46,967 nucleotides of DNA from contig JBGPNP010000001.1 of assembly GCA_041487575.1 (NCBI GenBank), positions 1 to 46,967 on the forward strand, read 5' to 3'. The translations under genes were made by a program, and so were the position numbers. Numbering within the stretch: position 1 is the first letter of the stretch; the number at the start of each line of letters is the position of its first letter. The notes below the pieces were generated by a model. The model searched no databases and had not been told where the DNA came from. It saw only the letters and a program-made list of their open reading frames with translations. This document shows, in pieces, positions 34,649 to 43,472 of this stretch. The stretch is from Gaiellaceae bacterium. GTDB taxonomy: Bacteria > Actinomycetota > Thermoleophilia > Gaiellales > Gaiellaceae.

Positions 34649-34665
34649 CCCCACCCTGGGTGGGG
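34649..34665. repeat. GC-rich palindrome CCCCACCC-T-GGGTGGGG (second copy)
   Basis: Read directly from the sequence, in the convergent intergenic spacer 34535..34702. Confidence 0.85.
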
Positions 34666-34702
34666 GTATGCCCGAGTGGCGCGGGCGGGCGGGCGCTCTA
34701 CC

Positions 34703-35359
34703 TCAGCAAGCGTCACAGCGGGGCTTCCCCTGCCAGCGCACGACGCCCTCGCGCGCGGCGACCCCGGCGATCACGAGCGCCGCCGCGAGGTCGGCCCACC
34801 ACCAGCCGAAGAGCGCGTTCGCCCCGAGGCCGGCGAGGAGCGCGACCGACAGGTAGGCGCAGACGATGTTCTGTGCTCCGTCGCTCACTGTCGCGCGCGA
34901 GCCGAGTCGGGCGCCGAGCTGCGCCTTCGTGCGCGCGAGCAGCGGCATCGTCGGCGCGGTGAAGGCCGCGAGCCGAAGCCGACCCAGCTACCGTCGGGCT
35001 CCACGGCGCCCGCGAACGTGCGGGCGGCTTCCGCGGCGACGTAGGCCGCGAGCAGGAAGAAGCTGCCGCCGATGAGCCTCTGAGCCCGCCGCTCGATCCG
35101 CGGCCGAGCCCGCCCGGAGCCCGCCGAAGCGCCAGACGACCACGAGCCCGGCGAAGGCTTCGATCAGGCTGTCGGCACCGAAGCCCAGCGGGACGGACGA
35201 GGCGGCGATGCCCGCCCCGAGCGCGATCGCAAACTGGACGACGTGCCACGCGATGCCGCCCCAGGCAAGCAGCCTCGCCCGGCGGACAAGCTCGAGCCGC
35301 TCTCCCGGCACGGCGTCGGAGCGCGGCAGAGACGCAACGAGCACGAGAGGGCTCTCCAC
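34703..35359 (-). pseudogene. small cation-transporter membrane protein gene disrupted by two compensating frameshifts
   Basis: The N-terminal fragment (track 34988..35359) and C-terminal fragment (34703..34948) are in the same frame. The middle segment RIERRAQRLIGGSFFLLAAYVAAEAARTFAGAVEPDGSWVGFG reads only in another frame. Confidence 0.7.
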
Positions 35360-35379
35360 GGCTCGAGCTACCTTGACTC

Positions 35380-35398
35380 TTGATTTTGTCTAACCTAA
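35380..35398. promoter_or_regulatory. DtxR/IdeR/MntR-type metalloregulator box candidate TTGATTTTGTCTAACCTAA, overlapping putative promoter TTGACT-N17-TAACTT (35373..35401)
   Basis: 14/19 match to TWAGGTWAGSCTWACCTWA. The right half-site is perfect and the left half degenerate. Located in the 86-nt divergent spacer upstream of mntH. Confidence 0.4.
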
Positions 35399-35445
35399 CT
35401 TCTCTTTCGCTCCATCGAAAACTCTTTTTTTGACGAATTTGGGAG

Positions 35446-36786
35446 GTGCTCGTCCCCGCAGCACCGATGAGCTCACCGGAGAGCGACGCCGTTCCGCACA
35501 CGGTCGGTCCGGAGGACGTCCTCCCGGGCGAGGCCAAGGTGCTCGAGGCGGCGCAGCGCTCGCTGAGCGGAGAGCGCCGGGGCCTGCGGGCCCTCTGGCC
35601 GTTCCTCGGCCCGGCATTTATCGCCTCGGTCGCGTACGTCGATCCCGGGAACTTCGCCACAAACGTCGCCGGAGGCGCGCGGTACGGCTATCTCCTCCTC
35701 TGGGTCGTCCTCGCGGCGAACCTCATGGCCATGCTCATCCAGTCGATGAGTGCGAAGCTAGGCATCGCGACGGGCCTCAACCTCCCCGAGGTCTGCCGCG
35801 AGCGCTTCCCACGTCCGCTCACGATCGGGCTCTGGCTCCAGGCCGAGGGGATCGCCATGGCGACGGACCTCGCTGAGTTCATCGGCGCGGCGCTCGGGCT
35901 CAATCTCCTCTTCGGAATCCCGCTCTTCCCGGCCGGGCTCATCACCGGCCTCATCGCGTTCCTCATCCTCGGCCTCCAGGCCCGTGGCTTCCGGCAGCTC
36001 GAAGCGGTCATCGTCGGTCTCGTCGGCGTCATCGTCGCCGGCTTCGCCTTCCAGGTCATCCAGGCGGATGCCTCGGCGACCGGCGTGCTCACGGGGCTCG
36101 TCCGGCCCCGCTTCGCCGACACGCAGAGCATCCTCCTCTCGGCCGGGATCCTCGGCGCCACCGTCATGCCCCACGTCATCTACCTGCACTCGGCCCTGAC
36201 CCAGAGGCGTGTCGTCGGCGTGAACGAGGCGGAGCGGCGGAAGATCTTCCGGTTCGAGCTCGTGGACGTCGTCATCGCCATGTCGATCGCGGGCGTGATC
36301 AACATCAGCATGCTCGTGATGGCCGCAGGCGTCTTCCACTCGCGTGGCCTCACGGGGATCAACGACCTCGACGAGGTCTACCGCGGGCTCGGCTCGCTCG
36401 TCGGCGCGCACGCGAACGTCTTCTTCGGGGTCGCGCTTCTCGCCTCCGGCCTTTCGTCGTCCTCGGTGGGGACGATGGCCGGCCAGGTGGTCATGCAGGG
36501 CTTCATCCGCAGACGCATCCCGCTCTTCCTCCGGCGCGGGATCACGATGGTGCCCGCACTCGCCGTCCTCGCGATCGGCGTCAACCCCTCGAGGGCGCTC
36601 GTGCTCTCCCAGGTCGTGCTCTCGTTCGGGATCCCGTTCGCGCTCATCCCGCTTCTGGCCTTCTGCCGGGACCGGACGCTGATGGGCTCGCTCGTGAACC
36701 GGCGGACGACGACAGCCGTCGCGACCGTGGTCGTCGGCGTCATCGTGACGCTCAACGTCTTCTTGCTCTACCGCACGATCGCCTGA
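35446..36786 (+). CDS. mntH: NRAMP-family divalent metal (Mn2+/Fe2+) transporter
   Basis: DPGNFATN signature and an 11-TM NRAMP profile. Start uncertain (GTG at 35446 or ATG at 35467). Confidence 0.92.
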   Translation: MLVPAAPMSSPESDAVPHTVGPEDVLPGEAKVLEAAQRSLSGERRGLRALWPFLGPAFIASVAYVDPGNFATNVAGGARYGYLLLWVVLAANLMAMLIQSMSAKLGIATGLNLPEVCRERFPRPLTIGLWLQAEGIAMATDLAEFIGAALGLNLLFGIPLFPAGLITGLIAFLILGLQARGFRQLEAVIVGLVGVIVAGFAFQVIQADASATGVLTGLVRPRFADTQSILLSAGILGATVMPHVIYLHSALTQRRVVGVNEAERRKIFRFELVDVVIAMSIAGVINISMLVMAAGVFHSRGLTGINDLDEVYRGLGSLVGAHANVFFGVALLASGLSSSSVGTMAGQVVMQGFIRRRIPLFLRRGITMVPALAVLAIGVNPSRALVLSQVVLSFGIPFALIPLLAFCRDRTLMGSLVNRRTTTAVATVVVGVIVTLNVFLLYRTIA

Positions 36787-36922
36787 CGCTTCCGTCCTCC
36801 AGGTGCCGGCCGTTCGACGATGTGACAAAACACGGTCGTCGGTCGCGAGAGGACGCGGGCTGGCGAAACTTGTCCCCGTGCCAGACCCCTGGCTCTTGCG
36901 GCGACGTGGTTCGGCAGGTCAG

Positions 36923-37588
36923 CTAGGCGGGCAGGAGCGAGGAGCTGGGCGCGGCGGCGAGCCCGCGCTGGCGCGCCAGCACCTCGAGGACTGCGACCGT
37001 GTCCGCTACAGGCACGTCCTCGAGGAACTCCTCCCGCGAGCGCGCCTCGAAAGACGCGAGAACGAGCGAGACGGCGCCGGCGTAGAGCTCCAGGTCGCGC
37101 GCGGCCAGGCCCGCGAGCGCGTCCGCGACCGCCGTCGGGAAGAGCTCCTCGGGCTCGAGCCGAAGGGTCTCCGCGATCCGGCCGGCCTCCCTGTCCTCGC
37201 CGAGCACGAGCAGCGCGAGCACGGCCGCGTAGCGCCCGATCGGCGACTCGCCGGCGGCCGGCCCCTGTGCAAGCGCCCACCCGGCGTCCTCGACGGCCTC
37301 ATCCCAGTCGCGGGCGAGCAGGCGCGACTTGAGCGTCGCGATCAGCCGGCCCCAGCTCCCGAGCGGCGCGTCGGCGAAGCTCTCGCGGTAGCGCGCGGCG
37401 GCTTCGCGGAGCCACCCGGCCGTTTCTTCGCTCCAGCCCTTCTCCATCAGCAGGCTGAGCCCGGCGGCCCACGCGGCATTCGCGACACGCGTTAGCTGCC
37501 GCTGGCGCGCGTCGGGCTCGTCCGGCAGGCGCGAGAGCCCGTCCCGGTGGCGCTCCTCCGCTCGCTCGGCGAGCGCGCTCCACTCCAT
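36923..37588 (-). CDS. hypothetical protein (all-helical, acidic; no family recognised)
   Basis: 221-aa track ORF with amino-acid composition typical of real genes here. The overlapping ORFs in other frames are Arg/Pro-rich artefacts. Confidence 0.5.
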   Translation of the reverse strand: MEWSALAERAEERHRDGLSRLPDEPDARQRQLTRVANAAWAAGLSLLMEKGWSEETAGWLREAAARYRESFADAPLGSWGRLIATLKSRLLARDWDEAVEDAGWALAQGPAAGESPIGRYAAVLALLVLGEDREAGRIAETLRLEPEELFPTAVADALAGLAARDLELYAGAVSLVLASFEARSREEFLEDVPVADTVAVLEVLARQRGLAAAPSSSLLPA

Positions 37589-37699
37589 ACCGAGGAAGGG
37601 TACGCGGCCCCGAGCGTTCAGCGCTACGCTGAGAGCGGCGGGAGGGTCGTTGCCGCAGGCGGCTCTCCCGCTGTTTTCGCGCCCGCTATCGTCACGGCG

Positions 37700-38881
37700 A
37701 TGGCCCGGCCCCTACGCGACGTCTACCTCGTCGACGGCGTGCGCACGCCTTTCGGCAGAGCCGGCCCCCAGGGGCTCTTCTGGCACACGCGCGCCGACGA
37801 TCTGGCGGCACGAACGATCCGGGAGCTCCTGGGCAGGAACCCGAGCCTCCCGCCCGAGCGGATCGACGACGTCGTCCTCGCCGCGACCGCTCAGGTCGGC
37901 GACACGGGCCTCACGCTCGGGCGCAACGCGGCGCTCCTCGCCGGGCTCCCGGTCACCGTACCCGGCTTCGCCGTCGACCGCATGTGCGCCGGGGCGCTCA
38001 CGGCGATCACGAGCGCCGCCGGTGAGATCGTCTGGGGCGCCGCCGAGGTCGTTGTCGCGGGCGGCGCCGAGCACATGGGCCGCCACCCGATGGCCGAAGA
38101 GGTGGACTTCAACCCCCGCTACGTTGCCGAGCGACTGGTCGACCCCTCGGCCGTGACGATGGGCGCGACGGCCGAGAACCTCCACGACCGCTTCCCGCAC
38201 CTGACGAGGGAGGCGGCCGACCGCTACGCCGTCGAGTCGCAGCGCCGCGCCACCCTGGCGTGGGAGAACGGGATCATGCGCGCGACCGTCTTTCCGCTCA
38301 CCGTCTGGAGCGCGAGCGGCTGGGTCCTCGCCGAGCGCGACGAGTTCCTTCGCCCCGACACGACGACCGAGGCGCTCGCGAAGCTGCACACCTCCTTTCG
38401 CCCCGGAGGCCGCGTTACCGCCGGCAACTCGGCCGGCCTCACCGACGGCGCTGCCGCCTGCCTGCTCGCCTCCGGCGAGGCCTGCGAGGAGCTCGGCCTC
38501 GAGCCGCGCCTTCGTCTCGCCGGCTTCGCCTACGCGGGCGTCGAGCCCGAGCTCATGGGCCTCGGGCCAGTGCCGGCGACGCGCAAGGCGCTCGCGCAGA
38601 CCGGCCTCACGCTCGACGACATCGGCCTCTTCGAGCTGAACGAGCCCTTCGCCGTCCAGGTGCTCTCCTGGTGCGACGAGCTCGGCGTCTCTCCCGACGA
38701 CCCGCGCCTGAACCCGAACGGGGGCGCCATCGCCTGCGGCCACCCACTGGCCGCGACCGGAGCGCGCCTGGCGACCCAGCTCGCCTGCGAGCTGGCCGAG
38801 CGCCCGGACGTCCGCTACGGCCTCACCGCCCTTTGCGTGGGCTTCGGCATGGGCGCCACCCTGGTGTGGGAGCGTCCTTGA
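37700..38881 (+). CDS. acetyl-CoA C-acyltransferase (thiolase)
   Basis: Internal ATG (MARPLRDVYLVDGVRTPFG) of track ORF 37547..38881. Contains DRMCAG (active-site Cys), NPNGGAIACGHPLAATG and LCVGFGMG. Confidence 0.92.
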   Translation: MARPLRDVYLVDGVRTPFGRAGPQGLFWHTRADDLAARTIRELLGRNPSLPPERIDDVVLAATAQVGDTGLTLGRNAALLAGLPVTVPGFAVDRMCAGALTAITSAAGEIVWGAAEVVVAGGAEHMGRHPMAEEVDFNPRYVAERLVDPSAVTMGATAENLHDRFPHLTREAADRYAVESQRRATLAWENGIMRATVFPLTVWSASGWVLAERDEFLRPDTTTEALAKLHTSFRPGGRVTAGNSAGLTDGAAACLLASGEACEELGLEPRLRLAGFAYAGVEPELMGLGPVPATRKALAQTGLTLDDIGLFELNEPFAVQVLSWCDELGVSPDDPRLNPNGGAIACGHPLAATGARLATQLACELAERPDVRYGLTALCVGFGMGATLVWERP

Positions 38882-38986
38882 GTAATCCGCGAAAAATGCT
38901 CCGCATTTTTCGCGGTGGATCTCCAGGAAAGACGCTGCGCGTCTTTCCTGGCAGAGGTTTGTCCCTTCGCTTCGCTCGGGAGGATG
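38878..38986 (+). repeat. copy 2 of the stop-codon-anchored element: two related perfect hairpins (38887..38915, 38924..38950) plus a 26-nt box (38961..38986)
   Basis: TTGAGTAAT, CCGCGAAAAATGC-TCC-GCATTTTTCGCGG, CAGGAAAGACGC-TGC-GCGTCTTTCCTG, then GTCCCTTCGCTTCGCTCGGGAGGATG. Confidence 0.85.
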
Positions 38987-39009
38987 TTCCCCGGCGGGCC
39001 GGCCGATGA
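38878..39009 (+). other. candidate 43-codon micro-ORF spanning the element (MSNPRKMLRIFRGGSPGKTLRVFPGRGLSLRFAREDVPRRAGR)
   Basis: The TTG overlaps the thiolase TGA (TTGA) and its TGA overlaps the fadB-like ATG (ATGA). GC3 is only about 53%, which is atypical for coding sequence in this genome. Confidence 0.3.
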
Positions 39010-40898
39010 GCCGCACGGAGTTCAAGCTGAACCGGGCGCGTGACGTCGCGCTCGTCACGATCGACAACGGTGAGGGCCCGGCGAAGCCGAACGTCTTCGA
39101 CGAGGCCGCACTCGCATCGCTCGCGCGGACCCTCGACGAGGTCGAAAGGGGAGACTTCGCGGCGCTCCTCATCACCGGCAAGCCGTACTCCTTCTCAGCC
39201 GGAGCGGACCTCGACGAGTTTCCGGAGCTGATCGAGCCCGGCCGGTCAGCTGCAGGCGCGCGCGCCGGGCACGAGCTTTTCGGCCGCATCCTCCGGCTCT
39301 CGATCCCCACGCTTGCCGCGATCAACGGCGTCTGCGTCGGCGGCGGGCTCGAGCTCGCCCTCTTCTGCCGGTACAGGACGATCTCGACCGCCGTCCGCCA
39401 CTTCGGCTTCCCGGAGTGCTTCCTCGGGCTCGTCCCCTCCTGGGGCGGGACGCAGCTCGCGCCGCGCGTCGTCGGGCCGAAGACAGCCCTCGAGGTGGTC
39501 GTCTTCAACCCGATGCGCCAGAACCGCCTGCTCACTGGCGCCAAGGCGTTCGAGCTGGGGTTCGCCGACCGGCTCTTCGGCCCTGCGATGTTCCTCGACG
39601 AGTCGCTCGCCTTTCTCTGGGAGATCGTCGCGCGTAGCGACTTCGAGCGGCCCGAGCCCGACTGGGAGGGGAGCGAGGAGCTCTTCCGCCAGGCGCGCCG
39701 CCGCCTCGACAGCCTCGTGCACGGCGCGGCCCCCGCTCCCTACCGCGCGCTCGACCTCGTGGAGGGCGCACGCACGTGGTCGCTCGAGGAGGGCTTCCGC
39801 CGCGAGCAGGAGGCGGCCGAAGAGCTCATCCCCGGCCGGCACTGCCAGGCCTCGGTCTACGCGTTCAACCTCGTCGACCGCCGCGCGAAGCGTGGCCTGG
39901 GAAGGCCGGACGCGGCGGCGCGCCCGGTCCAGAAGGTCGGCGTCGTCGGCGCCGGCCTCATGGCGACGCAGATCGCCGCCCGCATCCTCGAGCGCCTGCA
40001 GGTGCCGCTCGTGATCACGGACGTCCGCCCGGAGGCCCTCGAGGAGGCCCGCGCGACGCTCGAGGACCCTCGCCGCCTCCTCCTGACGACGACCTCGTAC
40101 GCGGACTTTGCCGGCTGCGACCTCATCATCGAGGCCGTCACCGAGGACACGGCCGTGAAGCGGGACGTCTTCCGGCGGCTCGAGACCGTGGTCGGGCCGG
40201 AGTGCGTCCTCGCCACGAACACCTCCGCGCTCTCCGTCACGGCGATCGCGTCCGGCCTCTCGCACCCCGGCCGCGTCGCCGGCATGCACTTCTTCAACCC
40301 GGTCGCGCTCATGCCGCTCGTCGAGATCATCCGCGCCCAGGAGACGAGCGACGACGCGCTCGCGATCGTCTTCGACGCGGCTCTCGAGCTGCGCAAGCGC
40401 CCGGTCGTCATGGGCGACGGCCCTGGCTTTGTCGTCAACCGCGTCCTCACGCGCATGCTCGCCGCCAACCTCGACGCGCTCGAGCGCGGCAACTCCTTCG
40501 ACGAGGTGGACGACGCGATGCTCTCGCTCGGCCTGCCGATGGCGCCCTCGACGCTCCTCGCCCTCGTCGGCCCGAACGTCGCACTCCACGTCCTCGAGAC
40601 GATGCACGCCGCCTTTCCGGAGCGCTTCCACCTCTCGGAAACGCTCGCGAGCATCGCCGCCGGCAGCGACGAGATCGTCCTGAAGACACGCGACCCGCTG
40701 CCGAAGGAGGAGATCGCCGGTGTGGCGCTCTCGGCCATGGCGGATGAGATCTCCCACCTCCTCGCCGACGGCGTCGTCGGCGACGTCGCCACGGTGGACA
40801 CCTGCCTCATCCTCGGGGCCGGCTTCCCGTTCTTCCTCGGCGGCATCTCGAAGGAACTCGACGCGCGGGGCCTTGCCGTCGGCGCGAGTGCGGTATAG
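39006..40898 (+). CDS. bifunctional enoyl-CoA hydratase / 3-hydroxyacyl-CoA dehydrogenase (FadB/FadJ-like)
   Basis: Crotonase-fold N-domain (FSAGADL). Rossmann motif VGVVGAGLMATQIA and a 3HCDH C-domain. Confidence 0.92.
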   Translation: MSRTEFKLNRARDVALVTIDNGEGPAKPNVFDEAALASLARTLDEVERGDFAALLITGKPYSFSAGADLDEFPELIEPGRSAAGARAGHELFGRILRLSIPTLAAINGVCVGGGLELALFCRYRTISTAVRHFGFPECFLGLVPSWGGTQLAPRVVGPKTALEVVVFNPMRQNRLLTGAKAFELGFADRLFGPAMFLDESLAFLWEIVARSDFERPEPDWEGSEELFRQARRRLDSLVHGAAPAPYRALDLVEGARTWSLEEGFRREQEAAEELIPGRHCQASVYAFNLVDRRAKRGLGRPDAAARPVQKVGVVGAGLMATQIAARILERLQVPLVITDVRPEALEEARATLEDPRRLLLTTTSYADFAGCDLIIEAVTEDTAVKRDVFRRLETVVGPECVLATNTSALSVTAIASGLSHPGRVAGMHFFNPVALMPLVEIIRAQETSDDALAIVFDAALELRKRPVVMGDGPGFVVNRVLTRMLAANLDALERGNSFDEVDDAMLSLGLPMAPSTLLALVGPNVALHVLETMHAAFPERFHLSETLASIAAGSDEIVLKTRDPLPKEEIAGVALSAMADEISHLLADGVVGDVATVDTCLILGAGFPFFLGGISKELDARGLAVGASAV

Positions 40899-40970
40899 TG
40901 CAAAGAGCGGCGCGCACTCCGCGTGCGCACCTCCTTTCGTTTCACCCGGCAGCGCCTCCGCGCTGCGTTC

Positions 40971-43433
40971 ATGCAAGAAGCGATAGTGCATCCGACCCTA
41001 CCGTCGGAGGAAGCGAGCGGCCTGGTCGCCGCGGCCCTCCGTGCCGAAGCTTGGGCCGGCGAGCCGTTCCTCCGCCCTGACGAGGACCCGGCCGAGGCCC
41101 TCGCGCCCGGCCGCGCGCGCCGTCGGGCGCTCGACGACGGGCTGGCGGAGATCGGGATCGGCCGCCGCGCGCCCTCGCCCGAGTGGAGGGTGCGCTACGC
41201 GCTCATGCTCGGGCTCGAGCGCGTGCTCACCGACCACCCGCCCCGCCTCGCTTCCGGGACCGAGCTTCGCCGCCATCAGATCGACGCCCTCGCCGGCATG
41301 CTCACGGAGCTCATCTCGGCGCTCGAGCAGGTCGAGGTCGAGAACGGCGTCGCCGCCGTGGCCGAGGAGGAGGAGCCGGACGGCGAGGACGAGGACGGCG
41401 AGAACGGCAACGAGGGGGACGAGGAGCACGTGTCCGAGGAAGACCCCGGCGCGGTGCGCCGCTACCGCTTCCGCCACCCGACCGCCTCCGGCAAGACGAT
41501 CGCCGCCGCCGGCTTCGTCGAAGCGGCGCGGACGATGGGCGTCCTCATCCTCACGCACCGGCGCCTTCTCGTCCGCCAGTTCACCGGCGACCTGACGACC
41601 GAGGGCTACGCCGGGCGGTTCCAGCCCGCCATCCTGCGCGGCCAGGAGCCGCTCAAGCCGAACCCGATCACGATCCAGACGTACGCCTGGTTCGCGCGCC
41701 ACGTCGGTTCCCTGAGCCGCACGGCCTACCAGCTCGTCATCTGTGACGAGGCGCACACCGCGCTCGGCGAGAAGACGAGCGCGGCCATCCGCAGCCTGCA
41801 CGAGCCGCTCTTCATCGGCATGACGGCGACGGAGCAGCTGATCGCGAAGCAGGTCTCCGACGTCTTCCCGGCCTCGGTCGACGACCTCCCGCTCGGGGAC
41901 GCCGCCCGCCGCGGTCTCATCGCGCCCCTCCGCTGCCTGCGCATCCCGCCCGCGGCGGCGATCCATTCAGTCCCCATCGTCGGCGGCGACTATGACGAGG
42001 GGATGCTGGCGAAGATCCTCGACCACGACGTCATCAACCAGGCGGCCGCGAGCCTCTACCGCGCCCGCTTCGACGAGGCGCCCGGAATCGTCTACGCAGC
42101 AGGCGTCGAGCACGCCTACAACCTCGCGCGCGAGTTTCGCGCCGCCGGGATCAAAGCCGAGGCTGTGAGCGGGCGCACCCCACCGCTCCAGCTCGCCGAG
42201 ACGCTCGCCGCCTACGAGCGCGGGGCGATCAACGTCCTGATCAACGCGCAGCTCCTCGCAGAGGGCTGGAACTCGCCGCGCGCGACGGTCTGCATGCACC
42301 TCGCACCGACCGCGAGCCGGCGCGTCTACCAGCAGCGGATCGGCCGCATCATGCGCATCCACCCGCGCAAGGAGGCGGGCGTCGTCGTCGACTTCGTCGA
42401 CCCGGCGTCGACCCATACCGAGCGGACGATCACGCTCCACTCGCTCCTCGACGCGGACTTCTACCGGCCGGGCGCGCGAGTGACACCTGCGCCGCGCCGC
42501 CGCGTCCAGCGCCGAGCACGCCGCAAGCTCTCGCCCGCGAGCTGGCTCGTGCCCGTCACGCCCGACGTCCGCCGGCGGCTCACGGTCATCTCGCGTGAGT
42601 GGGAGCGCGTCGACCCGAGCCGCCTCGCAGACGACGAGGCGCTCGTCTGGGCCCGCTTCGCCGGACGGCAGGTCCGCTTCGACGAGCGCCAGCAGTTCGC
42701 CGAGAAGCTCGCCAGAGCGGCGCGCGAGACGCGCGAGGCCTTCCTCATGAGCTGCGCCGCCGAGAACCCGAACCGCCGACTCCGCCTCTCCGCGCTCGGC
42801 GACCGGGTCGCCGTCGCCATCGACCGTGCGAGCTTCGACGATCTCTGCACCATGGTCACGTCGGTGCCGACCTGGGACAAGGACCGGGTCCAGGGCGTTC
42901 GCATCCTCCTCCGCGCGCTAGGTGACGGGAAGGTGGCGGCGCCCGAGGACATCCTCGCCCGCTGGACGTGGCGGCTCGCGAAGGCGACCCGCAAGCTCCA
43001 GGACCGCCGCGCGAGCGCCGAGCTACCGGACGCGAAGCGGCTCCTCGGCGCGCTCACGAACTCGCGCGGCCACCGCCATGACGAGAACGCCGCCCGCCTC
43101 GTCAACGTCGCCCTCGAGCAGCCGGCGCACGTCGGTGTCGCCCTTCTTGCCTCTGCCGAGGCCTATACCCCGACCGCGACGCAGCTGATCGAGCGGGCCC
43201 GGGAGCGGCTCGGCACGATCTACGAGGTCGCGAACGCGCTCGCCGACAACCTGCCTGCGCCGAAGCAGACCGCCAAGTCCCGCCGCCGGCGGCGCAAGAA
43301 GAGGGGCCCGGCCGTCGCGGGCAACGGCCTGGGGCCGGAAGCTGCGGCCGAGGCCGGCGAGCCGTCGTCGGACGGTGCGGCGCCTGTCGCCGAGCGCGAA
43401 GCGGCGGAGTCCGAGCGCGCCGAGACGGCGTAA
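40971..43433 (+). CDS. SF2 DEAD/DEAH-box helicase with an uncharacterised C-terminal region of about 330 aa and a basic tail
   Basis: Motif I PTASGKT, motif II ICDEAH, motif III MTAT, and motif VI QQRIGRIMR. Start uncertain (GTG at 40923, ATG at 40971 or GTG at 40986). Confidence 0.85.
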   Translation: MQEAIVHPTLPSEEASGLVAAALRAEAWAGEPFLRPDEDPAEALAPGRARRRALDDGLAEIGIGRRAPSPEWRVRYALMLGLERVLTDHPPRLASGTELRRHQIDALAGMLTELISALEQVEVENGVAAVAEEEEPDGEDEDGENGNEGDEEHVSEEDPGAVRRYRFRHPTASGKTIAAAGFVEAARTMGVLILTHRRLLVRQFTGDLTTEGYAGRFQPAILRGQEPLKPNPITIQTYAWFARHVGSLSRTAYQLVICDEAHTALGEKTSAAIRSLHEPLFIGMTATEQLIAKQVSDVFPASVDDLPLGDAARRGLIAPLRCLRIPPAAAIHSVPIVGGDYDEGMLAKILDHDVINQAAASLYRARFDEAPGIVYAAGVEHAYNLAREFRAAGIKAEAVSGRTPPLQLAETLAAYERGAINVLINAQLLAEGWNSPRATVCMHLAPTASRRVYQQRIGRIMRIHPRKEAGVVVDFVDPASTHTERTITLHSLLDADFYRPGARVTPAPRRRVQRRARRKLSPASWLVPVTPDVRRRLTVISREWERVDPSRLADDEALVWARFAGRQVRFDERQQFAEKLARAARETREAFLMSCAAENPNRRLRLSALGDRVAVAIDRASFDDLCTMVTSVPTWDKDRVQGVRILLRALGDGKVAAPEDILARWTWRLAKATRKLQDRRASAELPDAKRLLGALTNSRGHRHDENAARLVNVALEQPAHVGVALLASAEAYTPTATQLIERARERLGTIYEVANALADNLPAPKQTAKSRRRRRKKRGPAVAGNGLGPEAAAEAGEPSSDGAAPVAEREAAESERAETA

Positions 43434-43472
43434 GACTCCGTTCAGAACCGGCCGCTACGCTGACCTCGCCGG

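Noticed and set aside
32837-34654. 605-aa minus-strand ORF and other very long antisense ORFs (1906..2934, 6776..8170, 16191..17606, 37712..39544, 39246..40991, 21610..23145, 23899..25656)
   Set aside because: All overlap well-supported genes on the opposite strand or in another frame. They have Arg/Pro/Gly/Asp-biased composition without recognisable motifs, which marks them as high-GC open-frame artefacts.
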